Assembly: GCA_963677595.1 (NCBI GenBank)
Contig: OY782041.1
Coordinates: forward strand, 2,720,001 to 2,784,000
Source: Spirochaetia bacterium
GTDB taxonomy: Bacteria > Spirochaetota > Spirochaetia > CAKZLE01
Direction: 5' to 3'
Length of the DNA: 64,000 bases
The position numbers and the translations under genes are program-made. The notes below the pieces were generated by a model. That model was not told the DNA's origin. It made no database searches and worked only from the letters and a program-made list of their open reading frames with translations. The number at the start of each line of letters is the position of its first letter. Within the stretch, counting starts at the first letter, position 1. This document shows, piece by piece, positions 9,294 through 18,832 of this stretch.

Positions 9294-10354
9294 CGGAAGG
9301 TGTAGGAATCATCCTGGAGGGTCAGGGTTATATCCCCTCCGGTCATGCCGGCACTCATCAGGAGCTCCTTGTCTGTCGTGACGAACACTGCCTCTGTACC
9401 TTCGTATGAATCCACAAGCTCCATGCCCCGTTCGATCCCGAGCGAGAACGCCGCCGTGGAGAGGGCATCAGCGAGGAAGGAGTCTTCCGTGATGATGGAG
9501 ACACCGAGCAGTCCCGATTCCACGGGGTAGCCTGTCGAGGTATCGAGAATATGGTGGTAGCGGACATCGTCGACGATGAAATACCGTTCATAGACACCGG
9601 AGGTGACCACCGCGTGTTCGGTCATGGCAGCGATCGCCAGGTACTCCCCCCGATCGGAGAGGGGGTCCTGGATCCCGATCTTCCATCGTGACCCGTCAGG
9701 CTTGGTCCCGACGGTGAGGACGTTCCCTCCCAGGTTGACGATGGCAGTCCCGATCCCGCGGTCGAGCAGGACCTCACGGACCGCATCCGCGGCATACCCC
9801 TTGGCGATCGCCCCAAGGTCGAGGGCCATCCCCGCCCTCGGCAGGAGCACGGAACCGGAGGCCTCATCGATCTCGACCTCCCGGTAGTCAACGTAGGCGA
9901 GGAGGTCAGTGATCTCCTGCGCTCCCGGAATCCTGGCATCATCGCTGCCGATCCCCCAGGCACTGACGAGCGGCCCTATGGTAGGGTCGAAGGCTCCATC
10001 ACTCACCTCGGCGATCAGGAGGGCCTCTTTGAGCACCTGCAGGGTGTCTTCGCTGAGTTTGGTGTAGATGCCGGACCCGGCCCGCTCATTGATCAGGGAG
10101 ATCTCGCTGTCGGCGATACTCCTGCTCATGAGCTGCTCGATCTCCCTGATCCTGTCGAAGGCGGCCGTGAAGTCAGCCTCCTCATGGTCGGAGTAGATCG
10201 TGATCCTGCAGGAGGTCCCGAGCAGCAGTTCACTCTCTGATTCAGGTGCTGCTGAAGTCGGGGTAGATTCAGCCTGCCGTGTGCAGGAGATACTAAAAAA
10301 AATTACAAAAAAACTAATGATTAGAGAAATAATTATCGACACTCTATTTTTCAT
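9290..10354 (-). CDS. apbE: FAD:protein FMN transferase (ApbE/FmnB), lipoprotein
   Basis: Lipobox SISC; LLGT, GAFDPTIGPLV..W, LDLGAIAKGYAAD, NLGGN, TSGVYERY, HHILD..TGYP, ADALST. Confidence 0.95.
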   Translation of the reverse strand: MKNRVSIIISLIISFFVIFFSISCTRQAESTPTSAAPESESELLLGTSCRITIYSDHEEADFTAAFDRIREIEQLMSRSIADSEISLINERAGSGIYTKLSEDTLQVLKEALLIAEVSDGAFDPTIGPLVSAWGIGSDDARIPGAQEITDLLAYVDYREVEIDEASGSVLLPRAGMALDLGAIAKGYAADAVREVLLDRGIGTAIVNLGGNVLTVGTKPDGSRWKIGIQDPLSDRGEYLAIAAMTEHAVVTSGVYERYFIVDDVRYHHILDTSTGYPVESGLLGVSIITEDSFLADALSTAAFSLGIERGMELVDSYEGTEAVFVTTDKELLMSAGMTGGDITLTLQDDSYTFR

Positions 10355-10447
10355 ACGTTATACTCTTCTTGAATGGTAAGGTATTATGTACGATTTATCG
10401 GTACATGTGCAAGATGTTAAATTTATATACTGGATCGGGGTTTTAAT

Positions 10448-12337
10448 ATGAACAAAAAGAGAGTTGTAGTCCTGGGTGGCGGTTATGCCGGTGTGCATGC
10501 CGTAAAGATACTCCTGAAGACGCTTAAGGGTCTGAAGGATCAGACTGAGATCGTTCTTATCGACAAGAATGAGTACCATACGCTGATGACCGAGCTTCAC
10601 GAGGTTGCCGGCGGCAGGGTGGAGGAGGAGTCCGTGAAGGTCTCCTACAAGAGGATCTTCGCAGGAAGGGACGTGAAGGTGATCAAGGATGAGATCGATG
10701 AGATCGATTTCGATAACCGTAAGCTGATCTCAGCCCATGCAACCTATGACTTCGACCAGCTGCTGATCTCTACCGGTGCCGAGGCCGCTGACTTCGGGGT
10801 CCCGGGGATCAGGGAACATGCCCTGATGCTCTGGAGCCTTGATGACGCCATCGCCATCAGGGAGCATGTCAGGGCGACTGTAGAGGCCGCCTCTGATGAG
10901 AAGGACCCCGAGAAGAGGAAGGAACTGATGACCTTCGTCGTCGCCGGTGCGGGATTCACCGGTGTCGAGATGGTCGGGGAGCTCATCGAATGGCTCCCGA
11001 TCCTCTGCGACGAGTATGAAGTGGATCATTCCGAGATCACCCTGATGAACATCGAGGGACTCGGCAAGATCCTCAACGTCCTCCCTGACAAGCCAAGGAA
11101 GAAGGCCGAGAAGTACATGAAGAAGAAGGGTGTCGACATCATGGTCAACTCCCTGATCGTCGAGGCTGATGATGACGGCTTCAAGCTGAAGAGCGGCGAA
11201 TATATCAAGACGAAGACCCTCATCTGGACCTGCGGCGTCCGGGGTAACCGGTTCTGTGAACGGCTCCCGCTCACGGACGGGAAGGTCGGCCGGAAGCAGG
11301 TCAACGAGTTCATGGGCTGCCCGGACCACAAGAACGTCTTCATCGCCGGGGACGGGTGCTGGTACCTGGAGAACGGGTCCCCGCTTCCCCAGATCGTCGA
11401 GGCAGCCGAGCAGACCGGTGCTACCGCAGCCCATGCCATGACTGCCAACATCTGCGAGGAACTCGGGATCGCGTACAAGGAGCCGAAGCCGTTCAAGTCA
11501 CGGTTCCATGGCCACATGGTCTCGATCGGCGGCCGGTACGGCGTCTCCCACAACATGAACATGTCGATGTCCGGGCTCTTCGCCATGGGCATCAAGCATG
11601 TGGTCAACGTCATCTACCTCAACAGCATCGCCGGCCTCAACGGCTGGTGGACCTACCTCAAGCATGAGATCTTCGATATCAAGAACAACCGCTCGTTCAT
11701 CGGCGGGCTGGCAGCAAACAAGGTGCCTGCCTACTGGACCACCTTCCTGAGGATCTTCCTCGGGGTCATGTGGTTCATCGAAGGGGTGAAGAAGATCATC
11801 GAGGGCTGGCTGACCGACGCGACCGGTTCCCATGTCTACTGGGTACAGGCTGCTGCTGATGCAGGCAGTGCTGCCAGTGAGGAGGCTGAGCAGGTCGCTG
11901 AGCAGGCGGTCGAGGCTGTACAGCAGTTCGCCCCGCCGTTGATCAGTGAACCGACTGCCCTCTATACCTGGGTCTCTGATACCTTCGTTGCGGCAGCTCC
12001 CTATTTCTTCCAGATACTCATCGTACTCGGTGAGGTCGGCCTCGGCCTCTGCTTCATCGGCGGGCTCTTCACCTTCCCTGCGGCAGTCGCCTCCATCGGG
12101 CTCTCGATCATGCTCATCATGGGTGCCATGGCAAGCAAGGAGATCCTCTGGTACATGGCTGTGGCCGTGGTGATGATGGGTGGTGCAGGCCGGTCGTTCG
12201 GTCTCGACTACTGGGTGATGCCGTGGCTGAAGAAGCAGTGGAACAAGACCTGGCTGGCTAAACGGACCCATCTCTTCATGGATGAACCCCAGTTCACACG
12301 CAAGCAGAAAGAGATGCGATCCAGGATCATGGACTAG
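10448..12337 (+). CDS. ndh: Type II NADH:quinone oxidoreductase with C-terminal DoxX-like membrane domain (FLEET Ndh2-like)
   Basis: VVVLGGGYAG, TELHEVAGGR, VAGAGFTGVEMVGEL, IWTCGV, IAGD, PQIVEAAEQTG; C-terminal LRIFLGVMWFIEGVKKI...GRSFGLDYWVMPWL. Confidence 0.9.
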   Translation: MNKKRVVVLGGGYAGVHAVKILLKTLKGLKDQTEIVLIDKNEYHTLMTELHEVAGGRVEEESVKVSYKRIFAGRDVKVIKDEIDEIDFDNRKLISAHATYDFDQLLISTGAEAADFGVPGIREHALMLWSLDDAIAIREHVRATVEAASDEKDPEKRKELMTFVVAGAGFTGVEMVGELIEWLPILCDEYEVDHSEITLMNIEGLGKILNVLPDKPRKKAEKYMKKKGVDIMVNSLIVEADDDGFKLKSGEYIKTKTLIWTCGVRGNRFCERLPLTDGKVGRKQVNEFMGCPDHKNVFIAGDGCWYLENGSPLPQIVEAAEQTGATAAHAMTANICEELGIAYKEPKPFKSRFHGHMVSIGGRYGVSHNMNMSMSGLFAMGIKHVVNVIYLNSIAGLNGWWTYLKHEIFDIKNNRSFIGGLAANKVPAYWTTFLRIFLGVMWFIEGVKKIIEGWLTDATGSHVYWVQAAADAGSAASEEAEQVAEQAVEAVQQFAPPLISEPTALYTWVSDTFVAAAPYFFQILIVLGEVGLGLCFIGGLFTFPAAVASIGLSIMLIMGAMASKEILWYMAVAVVMMGGAGRSFGLDYWVMPWLKKQWNKTWLAKRTHLFMDEPQFTRKQKEMRSRIMD

Positions 12338-12350
12338 CCCGGGGTACGAC

Positions 12351-13325
12351 GTGATACCATTCTGGGAAGAGGAGGCTGCCCTTGAAGGGCAGCTTCAGCA
12401 GGTCACCGACCTGATCCTGGAGCTCATCCAGGACGCAAATGATTATATCTCATCATATCTCCGGTCCATGGTGGAATCCCAGGGCAAGATGCTCAGGCCT
12501 GCCCTAGTCATGATCGGGTCCCGGCTCGGAAATGATCAGGATGAATCCAGGGCCGTCAGGCAGGCGGCCCTCCTTGAGATGATCCACCTGGCCTCCCTCG
12601 TCCATGACGACATCATCGATGATGCCGACATGAGGAGGGGAATCCCGTCGCTCCAGAAGCAGCTTGGGGTACGACGTGCCGTCGTTGCCGGGGACTACCT
12701 CCTCGTGCGGGCGATTTCCCTGCTGACGGACAAGGGGCGGACCCTAGAGCCTGCCGTCATGTCCCATGCGATCGGCAGGCTGTGCACCAGCGAGATCGAC
12801 CAGGACAGCGAGGAGTGGGACTTCTTCATCAGCCCGACGCATTACCTTCGCAGGATCGCCGGGAAGACAGCGACCCTCTTTGCCCTCAGTGCCTTCTCCG
12901 GTGCGTTCATCAGCGATGCTGAGCCCCTGGTCCAGCGGAGGATGCATGAGTTCGGTTACTGTCTCGGCATGGCATTCCAGATACGCGACGACATCCTTGA
13001 CCTGAAGGGGACGAAGGCCTCCATGGGGAAACCCGTAGGCAAGGATATCACATCGGGAGTCGCCACCCTGCCGCTGATCTATGCGCTCGAACGGGATGAG
13101 ACCGGTTCCCTGCAGCGCCTGCTGCAGGGAAAGCGGAAGTTCTCCAAGCGGAAGGTAGGGCTCATCATCAACCGGATCCTTGACTCCGGGGCACTGGCTT
13201 CAGCAGAATCTCTCTCAGAGAAGTACCTGAACCGTGCTTTAGCCCTCCTCGGTGAATTACCCGACCAGGAGACTGCAAAGATCCTATCCCGGATGATCGA
13301 ACGTCTCGTTTCCCGGGTCAGTTAA
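12351..13325 (+). CDS. Polyprenyl (heptaprenyl) diphosphate synthase (HepT/DmkB-like); start uncertain
   Basis: GKMLRP, HLASLVHDDIIDDADMRRG, GKTATLF, GMAFQIRDDILD, GKPVGKDI..G..TLP. Confidence 0.92.
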   Translation: MIPFWEEEAALEGQLQQVTDLILELIQDANDYISSYLRSMVESQGKMLRPALVMIGSRLGNDQDESRAVRQAALLEMIHLASLVHDDIIDDADMRRGIPSLQKQLGVRRAVVAGDYLLVRAISLLTDKGRTLEPAVMSHAIGRLCTSEIDQDSEEWDFFISPTHYLRRIAGKTATLFALSAFSGAFISDAEPLVQRRMHEFGYCLGMAFQIRDDILDLKGTKASMGKPVGKDITSGVATLPLIYALERDETGSLQRLLQGKRKFSKRKVGLIINRILDSGALASAESLSEKYLNRALALLGELPDQETAKILSRMIERLVSRVS

Positions 13326-13396
13326 AAAACAACGCTTTACCCCGTACGTTCCCTTTGGTATATTGAATAGATAGACTATGAAGAGGGGACAGATTA

Positions 13397-14866
13397 ATGG
13401 CACAGAACGCAGATATCGGATTGATCGGACTGGCTGTCATGGGACAGAACCTGGTGTTGAACATGAATGATCACGGCTACACCGTCGCCGTGTACAACCG
13501 GACGACCTCGAAGGTTGATGAGTTCAAGGCGACTGCCGCCGCCGGCCGGGAGACGATCATCGCCACCCATTCGGTCGAGGAGTTCATCAGTACGCTGGGG
13601 CGGCCGAGAAAGGTCATGCTCATGGTCAAGGCCGGCAAGGTCGTTGACCTCTTCATAGAACAACTAATTCCCTACCTCGAACCCGGTGATATCATCATCG
13701 ATGGGGGGAACTCCCAGTTCGGCGATACCGAACGGCGGGTCGCAACCCTGGCTGAGAAGGGTATCCTCTTCATCGGCTCCGGTATCTCCGGAGGCGAAGA
13801 GGGGGCGAGGCGAGGCCCTTCGATCATGCCGGGGGGTAACGCCGAGGCATGGCCTCTGGTGAAGGAGATCTTCCAGGGGATCGCCGCGAAGACCGATACC
13901 GGCGAGGCCTGCTGCGACTGGGTCGGCGAGGGTGGTGCCGGCCATTATGTGAAGATGGTCCATAACGGGATCGAGTACGGCGACATCCAGCTCATCGGCG
14001 AAGCATACCACCTGATGCATGAAGGGCTCTCCCTGGGCTACGATGAGCTGCACGATATCTTCTCCGAGTGGAATACCGGCGAGCTTGACAGCTACCTCAT
14101 CGAGATTACCCGCGACATCATGGCCTTCAAGGACACTGACGGCAGGCCGCTCGTGGAGAAGATCCTTGATACGGCAGGCCAGAAGGGGACCGGCAAGTGG
14201 ACGGGGATCAGCTCCCTGGAACTCGGTGTCCCGGTCTCCCTGATCTCCGAGGCGGTTTATGCGCGATGTCTCTCGGCGATGAAGGAGGAGCGTACGGCAG
14301 CCTCCCGTTTCTACGGGAAGCAGGATGGCGGTGCCGCGAAGCTGACGAAAGAAGAGAAGGCCGCCCTCATCGATGACATCAGGCAGGCATTGCTTGCCTC
14401 CAAGATCATCTCCTATGCACAGGGCTACATGCTCATGCGTGAGGCAGCCGCCCAGGAGGGTTGGGACCTCAACTTCGGCGGGGTAGCCCTCATGTGGCGT
14501 GAAGGCTGCATCATACGAAGCGTCTTCCTAGAGCACATCCGGGATGCCTATGAGAAGGACCCCGGGCTAAGCAGCTTGCTCATGGACAGCTATTTCAAGG
14601 AGCTGCTCCAGCGCTCTGAGGCTGCCTGGAGGCGGGTCGTCTCCTTTGCGGTGCAGCGAGCCATACCCGTGCCGGCTATCTCCTCGGCATTGACCTTCTT
14701 CGATGGGTACCGGACCGAACGGTTGCCTGCCAACTTGCTGCAGGCGCAGCGGGACTACTTCGGTGCGCATACCTATGAGAGGGTAGACGGCAAGAGGGGT
14801 GAGTTCCACCATACTAACTGGACCGGGACCGGCGGGGATGTCTCCTCGAGTACCTATGAGGTGTAG
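13397..14866 (+). CDS. gnd: 6-phosphogluconate dehydrogenase, decarboxylating
   Basis: IGLIGLAVMGQNL, GISGGEEGARRGPSIMPGG, YVKMVHNGIEYG, GQKGTGKWT, QAQRDYFGAHTY. Confidence 0.97.
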   Translation: MAQNADIGLIGLAVMGQNLVLNMNDHGYTVAVYNRTTSKVDEFKATAAAGRETIIATHSVEEFISTLGRPRKVMLMVKAGKVVDLFIEQLIPYLEPGDIIIDGGNSQFGDTERRVATLAEKGILFIGSGISGGEEGARRGPSIMPGGNAEAWPLVKEIFQGIAAKTDTGEACCDWVGEGGAGHYVKMVHNGIEYGDIQLIGEAYHLMHEGLSLGYDELHDIFSEWNTGELDSYLIEITRDIMAFKDTDGRPLVEKILDTAGQKGTGKWTGISSLELGVPVSLISEAVYARCLSAMKEERTAASRFYGKQDGGAAKLTKEEKAALIDDIRQALLASKIISYAQGYMLMREAAAQEGWDLNFGGVALMWREGCIIRSVFLEHIRDAYEKDPGLSSLLMDSYFKELLQRSEAAWRRVVSFAVQRAIPVPAISSALTFFDGYRTERLPANLLQAQRDYFGAHTYERVDGKRGEFHHTNWTGTGGDVSSSTYEV

Positions 14867-14884
14867 TTGCTGCTAATAAAAAGC

Positions 14885-14920
14885 AAAAGGCTGCAGTGGG
14901 GTAATCACTGCAGCCTTTTC
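14885..14920. terminator. Bidirectional intrinsic terminator between convergent genes
   Basis: AAAAGGCTGCAGTG-GGGTAAT-CACTGCAGCCTTTT. Confidence 0.85.
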
Positions 14921-14929
14921 AGGTGTATG

Positions 14930-15109
14930 CTACTTCTGACAGTCTGAGAACCAGAGGCAGTCTGTAAGACCGCAATTGGTTATCCCGCTGTCAAAGCAGG
15001 CAGCATTACCTTCTGCTTCCTGAATTGCACGGATCAGTTCCGTTTTCTTCTTCTTGCCCACTGACACATTGAGTGTCTTTGCGATTTCTTTGATTTCTTT
15101 TACTAACAT
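14930..15109 (-). CDS. Small 59-aa SAP/Rho-N-like domain protein with a four-Cys tail (absent from ORF track)
   Basis: Manual translation MLVKEIKEIAKTLNVSVGKKKKTELIRAIQEAEGNAACFDSGITNCGLTDCLWFSDCQK*; own promoter upstream and terminator downstream. Confidence 0.8.
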   Translation of the reverse strand: MLVKEIKEIAKTLNVSVGKKKKTELIRAIQEAEGNAACFDSGITNCGLTDCLWFSDCQK

Positions 15110-15115
15110 GCATAA

Positions 15116-15158
15116 ATCTTAGAGAGAAGCGGTTTGCGTGTCAAGAATACCGCTTCTC
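15116..15158 (-). promoter_or_regulatory. Leaderless sigma70 promoter with 10-bp inverted repeat bracketing the -35
   Basis: Minus strand TTGACA-17-TAAGAT-6 nt-ATG; GAGAAGCGGT(15124-33)/ACCGCTTCTC(15149-58). Confidence 0.65.
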
Positions 15159-15184
15159 CCTAGAGCGAAATAGCTGGTAATATG

Positions 15185-16378
15185 CTAATTAACCGCAGAT
15201 TCCAGTATCTTTTCCGAGTTGTAAAGCCTTGAAGTCCCGGTAATAAGCACCCCGATCATTGCTGAGAGCGAGATGACCGTGAGCAGGAGCTGCAGTATGG
15301 TCGAGGTCCCGAGGATCGCTCCCTTCATGAGGAATATCGAGTTCACGAAGGGTACGAGGAAGAGCAGCGGCTGTGTCGCCGGGTCGAAACTCATCGTCAG
15401 GACCCCCGTGAGCACCACGATGATGTAGATAGGCATCACGTAGCTCGTGGCTTCCTTGGCTGTCTTCGCCAGTGAGCCGAGTAGGACGATGATCGATGCT
15501 GCGAGCATGCTGGTGAAGGCGAGCGCGAAGAAGAGGGTGACCAGGGACGGGATGCTGAAGCCGGTGAAGTCGGTACCGTCAGTGAACATACCCCCGGTGG
15601 TGGAGAAGGCGATGAGCAGTCCTGCGAAGGTCATGAGGCTCGAGGCGATCCCGGCGCTCAGGACGTAGAGGACCTTCCCCAGTGCGATGGAAGACCTTGA
15701 TACCTGGTTCACCAGGATGATGGCAATACTCCCGCGCTCCTTCTCCCCGGCTGTGGTGTCGATCCCGACGCTCATGGAACCGGCGAAGGTGTAGATGATG
15801 ACCAGGTACGGGATCATCATGACGAGGAACTCAGTGCCCTGTGACTCCTCCGGTGCCGTGTCGACCCTGAAGGTCCTGATCGTGTAGAGCGAATCCAGGT
15901 CGAGCCCGACCGAGAGCAGGGTCTGGTTGGCTAGTACCTGATCATACCCCTGGAGGGCAGAGATGATCTGTCTTGATGCGAAGGATAACGCTTGGGATGT
16001 CGAATCATAGTAGATCGTGACATCGGCTTCGTCCCCGACCCGGTAGCCTTCGGGGAACTCGATGACCAGAGACCCTGGTGAAGGGGCCTGTGTCAGCTCG
16101 AAGTTGAGCTGCTTTGAGAGTTCTCCCTGAAGCCTGGGGTCATCGTTGTTCCTGATCTCCAGTGAGTAGACCTGCTCCTGGGCTTGGGCCTCCTGCCTGC
16201 TCATGACGGCATTCATGCCGATGAAGATCGCCGGCATGAGTACCAGGGGGAGGATGAGGGTCGCGAAGAGGGTCCGCCTGTCCTTGATGACGTTCCGCAG
16301 CTCCTTCCGGTAGATGATCATGGCGTCGCTGAACATCGAGCTCCTTGGCTTGGTTTGCTTTATTTGTCTATGCTTCAT
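15185..16378 (-). CDS. natB: ABC-2 type permease, NatB-like
   Basis: IYRKELRNVIKDRRTL, DTTAGEKERGSI, VSRSSIALGK, LAKTAKEATSY. Confidence 0.8.
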   Translation of the reverse strand: MKHRQIKQTKPRSSMFSDAMIIYRKELRNVIKDRRTLFATLILPLVLMPAIFIGMNAVMSRQEAQAQEQVYSLEIRNNDDPRLQGELSKQLNFELTQAPSPGSLVIEFPEGYRVGDEADVTIYYDSTSQALSFASRQIISALQGYDQVLANQTLLSVGLDLDSLYTIRTFRVDTAPEESQGTEFLVMMIPYLVIIYTFAGSMSVGIDTTAGEKERGSIAIILVNQVSRSSIALGKVLYVLSAGIASSLMTFAGLLIAFSTTGGMFTDGTDFTGFSIPSLVTLFFALAFTSMLAASIIVLLGSLAKTAKEATSYVMPIYIIVVLTGVLTMSFDPATQPLLFLVPFVNSIFLMKGAILGTSTILQLLLTVISLSAMIGVLITGTSRLYNSEKILESAVN

Positions 16379-17118
16379 GATACGATCCCCCGTTCCCGTG
16401 CAAGGTCGAAGAAGAGGTCATCCAGCCTGCCCGACGGCTGTGCTGAGAGGATGTCAGCCTTCTTCCCGTTAACCACGAGATCTCCCTCGAGGAGTATCCC
16501 GATATCATCACAGAGCATCTCCGCCTCCGAGAGGATGTGGGTGGAGAGGATCACGGTCTTCCCCCCGTCCCGGGAGTCCAGGAGGAAGTCGTTGACCACC
16601 TTCGTGGCGAGGATGTCGAGGTTGCTCGTCGGCTCATCGAAGATGATGACCTGCGGGTCGTGGATGATGCTGACGGCGATCGAGGTCTTCTGCTTCATGC
16701 CTGAGGAGAGCTTGTCGAGCGGCCGGTCGAGGTACTCCTCCATGCCGAGGCTCCCGGCGATAGAGACGATTCGCTCATCGATGAGCTCCCGCTTCATGTG
16801 GTTGAGTTCCCCGAAGAACCTGAGCGATTCCCGCGAGGAGAGGTTCCCTGAGAGTTTCATCTCCCCGGTAAGCAGCCCGATGCGGTCGCGGACAGCCCTG
16901 CTGTCACTGATCGTATCGAGCCCGTCAACGGTGATCGTCCCTGAATCGGGCTTCAGCAGGGTCGCGATGAGCCTGAGGCTCGTGGTCTTCCCTGCGCCGT
17001 TCGGGCCGAGCAGCCCGTATATCCTGCCGGGTTCAGCGGTGAAGGAGATACCGTTGAGTACCTCATTGCGCTGCTTCTTGGCCCGGAAGGACTTATGCAG
17101 TCCTTTCACTTCTACCAT
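16375..17118 (-). CDS. natA: ABC ATP-binding protein, NatA-like
   Basis: GLLGPNGAGKTTSLR, LSSGMKQK, HDPQVIIFDEPT, STH; GGAG 7 nt before ATG 17118. Confidence 0.82.
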   Translation of the reverse strand: MVEVKGLHKSFRAKKQRNEVLNGISFTAEPGRIYGLLGPNGAGKTTSLRLIATLLKPDSGTITVDGLDTISDSRAVRDRIGLLTGEMKLSGNLSSRESLRFFGELNHMKRELIDERIVSIAGSLGMEEYLDRPLDKLSSGMKQKTSIAVSIIHDPQVIIFDEPTSNLDILATKVVNDFLLDSRDGGKTVILSTHILSEAEMLCDDIGILLEGDLVVNGKKADILSAQPSGRLDDLFFDLARERGIVS

Positions 17119-17227
17119 GTACACACTCCATGTTCATACGTCTTGTTCACCAGATAGTGTATCATCTGCGCAATGGGTTGTACACCGGGATGAGGATTGC
17201 CGTCAACACCCCGTAAGAGAGCGATGG

Positions 17228-18832
17228 CTAGAAGAGCCCCGAGATCGTACCATCCCCTGCGATGTCTATATCGCAGGCGGAGGGGCGTGCGGGCAGCCCC
17301 GGCATGGTCATGATCTCGCCCGTATAGACCACGATGAACCCCGCGCCGGTCTTCGCCTCGACCTTCGAGACCGAGATCGGGAAGTCCCTGGGGCATCCCT
17401 CGAGCTTTGGGTTGTCAGACAGCGAGGACTGGGTCTTCGCCATGCAGATCGGGTAGGAGCCGAATCCCTGCTTCTCGAGCTTCCTCATCGTGGTGATCAC
17501 GCCCTTGGCATAGACCACCGAGCCGGCCCCGTACATCTCCCGGCAGACCTTCTCGATCTTCTCCCTGATTGGCTGACCCTCCTCGTAGAGCGGGTGATAG
17601 CAGTTTTTCTCCTCGCAGAGTTCCACCACGGTACGTGCAAGGTCGACTCCGCCGGCACCCCCTGACTCCCTGAAGTCGGTGATGTGGGCGGTGACGCCCT
17701 CGTCGGAGAGTTTTTCCTTCAGCCGGGCGAGTTCTTCCTCCGGGTCGTCGAGGAACCGGTTGATGGAGACGACCGGTTTGACGCCATGCTTCTTGATGTT
17801 GCCCACATGCTTGAGGATGTTGTCGAGCCCATGGATCCTGTAGGCCCGCAGGGTCACGACCAGGACCGCGACAGCAGGGGTGAACCCGCCGACCCTGCTC
17901 GTGATATTGAAGAACTTCTCCGCTCCCAGTTCCGATGCGAAACCTGCTTCGGTGACGGTGTAGTCTGCCAGGTTGAGGGCTGTTCTCGTCGCGATGATCG
18001 AGTTCGAACCGTGCGCGATGTTGGCGAAGGGCCCCCCGTGGATGAGGACCGGCACCCCCTCTATGCTCTGGACGAGGTTCGGCTCGATAGCCTGCTTCAG
18101 CAGGGCAGCCATGGCGCCTGCCGCTCCGATCTCCCCGGCCGTGACCGGTTTCCCCTCATAGGTATACCCGATGGTGATCCTCCCCAGCATCTCCTTGAGG
18201 TCGGTGATGTCTTCGGCGAGGCAGAGGATGGCCATGATCTCGGAGGCTGCCGTGATAGTGAAGCCGTCGACCCGGGCGATACCGTTCTCCCCATGGTCGC
18301 TCAACCCTACCGTGATGGAGCGCAGGGAACGGTCGTTCATGTCGATGACCCGATTCCAGATGACCTTGGCAGGGTGGAGCAGGGGCTCGTTCCGCTGGTG
18401 GATATGGTTGTCGATCATCGCCGAGAGGAGGTTATGGGCGATCGTCACCGCGTGGATATCACCGGTGAAGTGGAGGTTGATCTCCTCCATGGGGAGGACC
18501 TGGGAGTAGCCCCCGCCGGCAGCCCCTCCCTTGATCCCCATGCAGGGGCCGAGGGACGGTTCCCTGATCGCCGCTATGGAGGAACACCCGATCTTCTTCA
18601 GGGCCTGGGCAAGCCCGATCGTATTAGTCGTCTTTCCCTCGCCGTAGCGGGTGGGCGTCATGGCCGTCATAAGGATGAGGTGCCCGTGTCGGTCCCCCTT
18701 CGAGAAGGAAGTAGGCACCTTCGCGATATACCTCCCGTAGGGGTGGATATCCTGCTCGATACCCAGTGAAGCCGCGATCTCCGTGATCTTCTTCAGCTCT
18801 GCCTGCTGTGCGATCGTGATATCTGATACCAT
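17228..18832 (-). CDS. fhs: Formate--tetrahydrofolate ligase
   Basis: MVSDITIAQ, TPTRYGEGKTT, REPSLGP..GIKGGAAGGGYSQV, HGGPFANIAHG, TEAGF, CMAKTQ, IMTMPGLP. Confidence 0.96.
   Translation of the reverse strand: MVSDITIAQQAELKKITEIAASLGIEQDIHPYGRYIAKVPTSFSKGDRHGHLILMTAMTPTRYGEGKTTNTIGLAQALKKIGCSSIAAIREPSLGPCMGIKGGAAGGGYSQVLPMEEINLHFTGDIHAVTIAHNLLSAMIDNHIHQRNEPLLHPAKVIWNRVIDMNDRSLRSITVGLSDHGENGIARVDGFTITAASEIMAILCLAEDITDLKEMLGRITIGYTYEGKPVTAGEIGAAGAMAALLKQAIEPNLVQSIEGVPVLIHGGPFANIAHGSNSIIATRTALNLADYTVTEAGFASELGAEKFFNITSRVGGFTPAVAVLVVTLRAYRIHGLDNILKHVGNIKKHGVKPVVSINRFLDDPEEELARLKEKLSDEGVTAHITDFRESGGAGGVDLARTVVELCEEKNCYHPLYEEGQPIREKIEKVCREMYGAGSVVYAKGVITTMRKLEKQGFGSYPICMAKTQSSLSDNPKLEGCPRDFPISVSKVEAKTGAGFIVVYTGEIMTMPGLPARPSACDIDIAGDGTISGLF

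Noticed and set aside
16184-17665. 493-aa plus-strand ORF
   Set aside because: Antisense shadow of natB/natA/fhs, Ser/Arg-rich with no motifs; expected from high GC3 codon bias.
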